The notes under the pieces: generated by a model | Database searches by the model: none | The model's input: only the letters and a program-made list of their open reading frames with translations | What the model was told of the DNA's origin: nothing | Made by a program: the position numbers and the translations under genes | Assembly (NCBI RefSeq): GCF_004010195.1 | Contig: NC_057718.1 | Span: 74,382,210 to 74,446,209, forward strand | Direction: 5' to 3' | DNA: 64,000 nucleotides | DNA from: Chiloscyllium plagiosum | Taxonomy: Eukaryota | Part shown: in pieces, positions 61,426-64,000 of the stretch | Position numbering within the stretch: the stretch's first letter is position 1 | Layout: each line of letters opens with the position of its first letter

Positions 61426-61944
61426 AATTATGATATGACAAAATTAGAGTTACCTCTCATCTATTTCCCCTCAACTTTCTAAGTTCACAAATACAGGCCT
61501 GAGTGGTTCACACTTTTCTCCAAATGAATATTTTGAAGAATGGTAGGTGTCTTGCTCAAGGACAGTTGACCCTGGTTCTAATCTGTGAATCATTTACCTG
61601 CTGAATTATTTTTTATCTTCATATGCTTCATGGAAGATGTTGTTCTTTATAGCTGTCATTGTTGATCCATTACCTTATCTGTAGGAACATTAATCTCCTG
61701 AATTTCATTCTTGGAAGACAGTTGCTCTGTTGAAATAAACATATTCTTCCTTGTAGAATCCTGGATTTCAGGATGAGGCAATCATTTTCTAATTGAAAGA
61801 AATAGGATATTTTCTGCAGTACCTTGGATGTTTAGACTAGACAATTTCTTCTTGCCCATACCCTGGATCTGTGAATCTGCCTCTCGTGGTACCTCTCGTG
61901 TGTGGTTTAAAACATTGATCAGACTGGCTGACTTTAGTTAACCT

Positions 61945-64000
61945 TGAAATAAATCTACAGAGGCCAGCATGACATCACCAAGTCATTCTTTATTGACATA
62001 TAGAGAGTCCAGCGCCCTCAGAGTCAGATCTCAAGTGTATCAGGATGTCTGACACTCCTGTCTATATCTATCAACCAGGGTTCTCTCCTTGGACCAGATT
62101 TACAGCCCTATTCAGGGAACCCATATTCTAAGAGGTACACTTGGTTGACCTCATTACAATCGCTACATCCTTTCTCCCCTGAGTCTGAGGGCACAGGCTA
62201 GTTTTTTTTGTAGTTGATACTTTATTGCTGGAACAGCACACCTGGCCTGCTGTGCTGTTCCAGCAATAAAGTTTCAACTTTGATCTCCAGCATCTGCAGA
62301 CCTCACTTTCTCCTCGTAGTTTTTTTTGTAGTATCACCCAGAGTGTTATAGCACCAGGTCAGGTTCCTCTAGCTCTGTTATGGGCAGCATGGAACACACA
62401 GTAACTTGTATCTTGCACTGGAGCACATAGGGAGAAATTTATTCTCTTCTTCAGGTGGCAAAAGTGTTGAGGCAGTGACATCTGCTGTGTCCATCTTGGA
62501 TTCCAAGGTATCTTCAATGCTTGATGGACAGGGAGAACATATGGGTTTCAGAAGAGTTGGAAAGGCTGTTGAGGAGCCAGGCACCATTTGTGATTTTGTA
62601 GCTTTCATATGGTCCATATGCTTATTTAGGACCGTTGAACGTACCCAAACTTTATATGTCACAGGTTGTGACCTCACATTGACTATGCCTCTTCTCCATA
62701 CAAGGCCATTCCCGAGGTGCCTATACCAAACTTCATCCCTTGAAGTAAACTGTCTCTTTCATTTAGTGGAGTCTTATGTCCAGTATTGGCATTTCTGATG
62801 CCATTTCAGCCTCCCCCGCCAGGTCCAGGAAGATCAGATTTAACCTGGTGGAGAGTCTTCTCCTCATTAACAACTCTGCTGTAACTATTATTGAAGTTGC
62901 ATGAGGGGTGATCCTATAATCAAATAGGAACCAGGGTAGTTTAGTATCTAGTGAAATTGTAGGCTATTTCTTTAAGCCTACCTTCAAAATTTGGATTTCT
63001 TTTTCTGCCAGGCCATTGGATGATGGATGGTATGGAGTTGTTTTCTATTTCAAATACCATTCAACTTTAGGTAACACTTCAATTCCCTCCTGGTAAACAA
63101 TGGTCCTTTATCTGTGATCAACACTTCCAGGAATCTGTGTATCACAGAAGATGCATACAGTTTTTTTTTGTTGTCCCTGTGTTTGACGAATAATCTCTAC
63201 GCACATCCAGCTATTTTGAGTGGGCATCCACAATGAACATAGAGCTCATAAAAGGATTTGCATAGTCAGACTCCCAGGTTAACACAGCCACTCTCATGAA
63301 TGTGGGGGAGCTGCTGGCAGTAATCATTGTCCTTGAAGGCAAACTGGGCACTAACACTGCTATGTTGGCATTCAATCCTGGCCACCAGACATAGCTTCTC
63401 ACCTATATCTTCAGTTTGGAAACCCATGAATGACCCTCGTGGAGTTCAGCCCGTATCTGATGACGACCTTTGCTCAGAGCAATCACTGTTGCTCCCCATA
63501 CTATTATGGCATCCTGTACTGTGATCAGGTGTCTCTAAGTCCAAAAAGGTTGTAATGGCACTTTGGCTTCACCCATCACCACCAGCTGTTTCTGTTTTTC
63601 CAGGACTAGATCTTTGTTTCTAAAGTCTGATATTGTCAGTTGTGACTGGGAGTATGTCAGAAAATTTAAAATGATTACAGAGTTTTCCAGTAATGGTACT
63701 ACCTGTGGTGTATCTGCCAATGGGAGTGGCTCAATGAATCAGCATTTGCTTCCTGATGGTGTTCAAACTTGTAATTATATGCACTTAGTATTACAGCCCA
63801 TCACTGAATTTTCCCTGATGCTATGGGCAGTGTGGCCTTGTCCTCTTTACATAGACCTAGCAGGCAGTTGTGGTTTGTTAATATTACAAATTTACATCCA
63901 TAAAGATATTGGTGGAATTTATTGACTCCAAATATGACTGCCAAACCTTCCTTCGCTGTCTGGGCGTGTTTATGCTAAGCATTAGTTAAAGTCCTGAATG
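61945..64000 (-). mobile_element. Gypsy element 3: 3' LTR (61945-62167), PPT, degraded integrase and RNase H running off the window
   Basis: RSYVWWPGLN, IVDAHSK, PYHPSSNGLAE, VTYKVWVRSTVLNKHMDH; the LTR has TG/CA ends. Confidence 0.85.
62215..62316. mobile_element. Fold-back Penelope pLTR-tip insertion (no hammerhead retained)
   Basis: actttattgctggaacagcaca..tgtgctgttccagcaataaagt hairpin; 16-bp TSD TAGTTTTTTTTGTAGT at 62199-62214 and 62317-62332. Confidence 0.85.

Noticed and set aside
61590..61810. Possible minus-strand host exon (AG/GT-like sites, open frames)
   Set aside because: No recognisable protein and no partner exons; needs RNA-seq or conservation data
1..64000. CRISPR array or prokaryotic RT/defence system
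   Set aside because: No regularly spaced repeat-spacer array or operon; all RTs belong to eukaryotic CR1, Penelope, Gypsy or retroviral elements

Overview
Repeat-dense vertebrate DNA, very probably from an elasmobranch (shark), inferred from the HE1-type SINEs and shark-type CR1 and Penelope families. No host protein-coding exon could be supported. The window is a layered transposon graveyard. (i) 1.5-18.5 kb: a Gmr1-like Gypsy element (integrase before RT) split by about 14 kb of nested CR1 LINEs and a Neptune-type Penelope element. (ii) 19.1-21.8 kb: a TSD-flanked Penelope insertion whose inverted ends enclose about 1.7 kb of unrelated sequence. (iii) 35.5-37.7 kb: the 3' end of an endogenous retrovirus whose TM subunit closely resembles filovirus GP2. 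(iv) 38-40 kb: pogo and Harbinger transposase relics. (v) 49.1-59.3 kb: a nearly full-length, decayed epsilon-like ERV (LTR-gag-pro-2H phosphoesterase-pol-env-LTR) inside a Gypsy LTR. (vi) Further CR1, L2, Tx1, Gypsy and SINE fragments. Minimal hammerhead ribozyme motifs from three Penelope families recur throughout. There is one assembly gap (42560-42761). All family calls come from reading motifs by eye, not from database searches.
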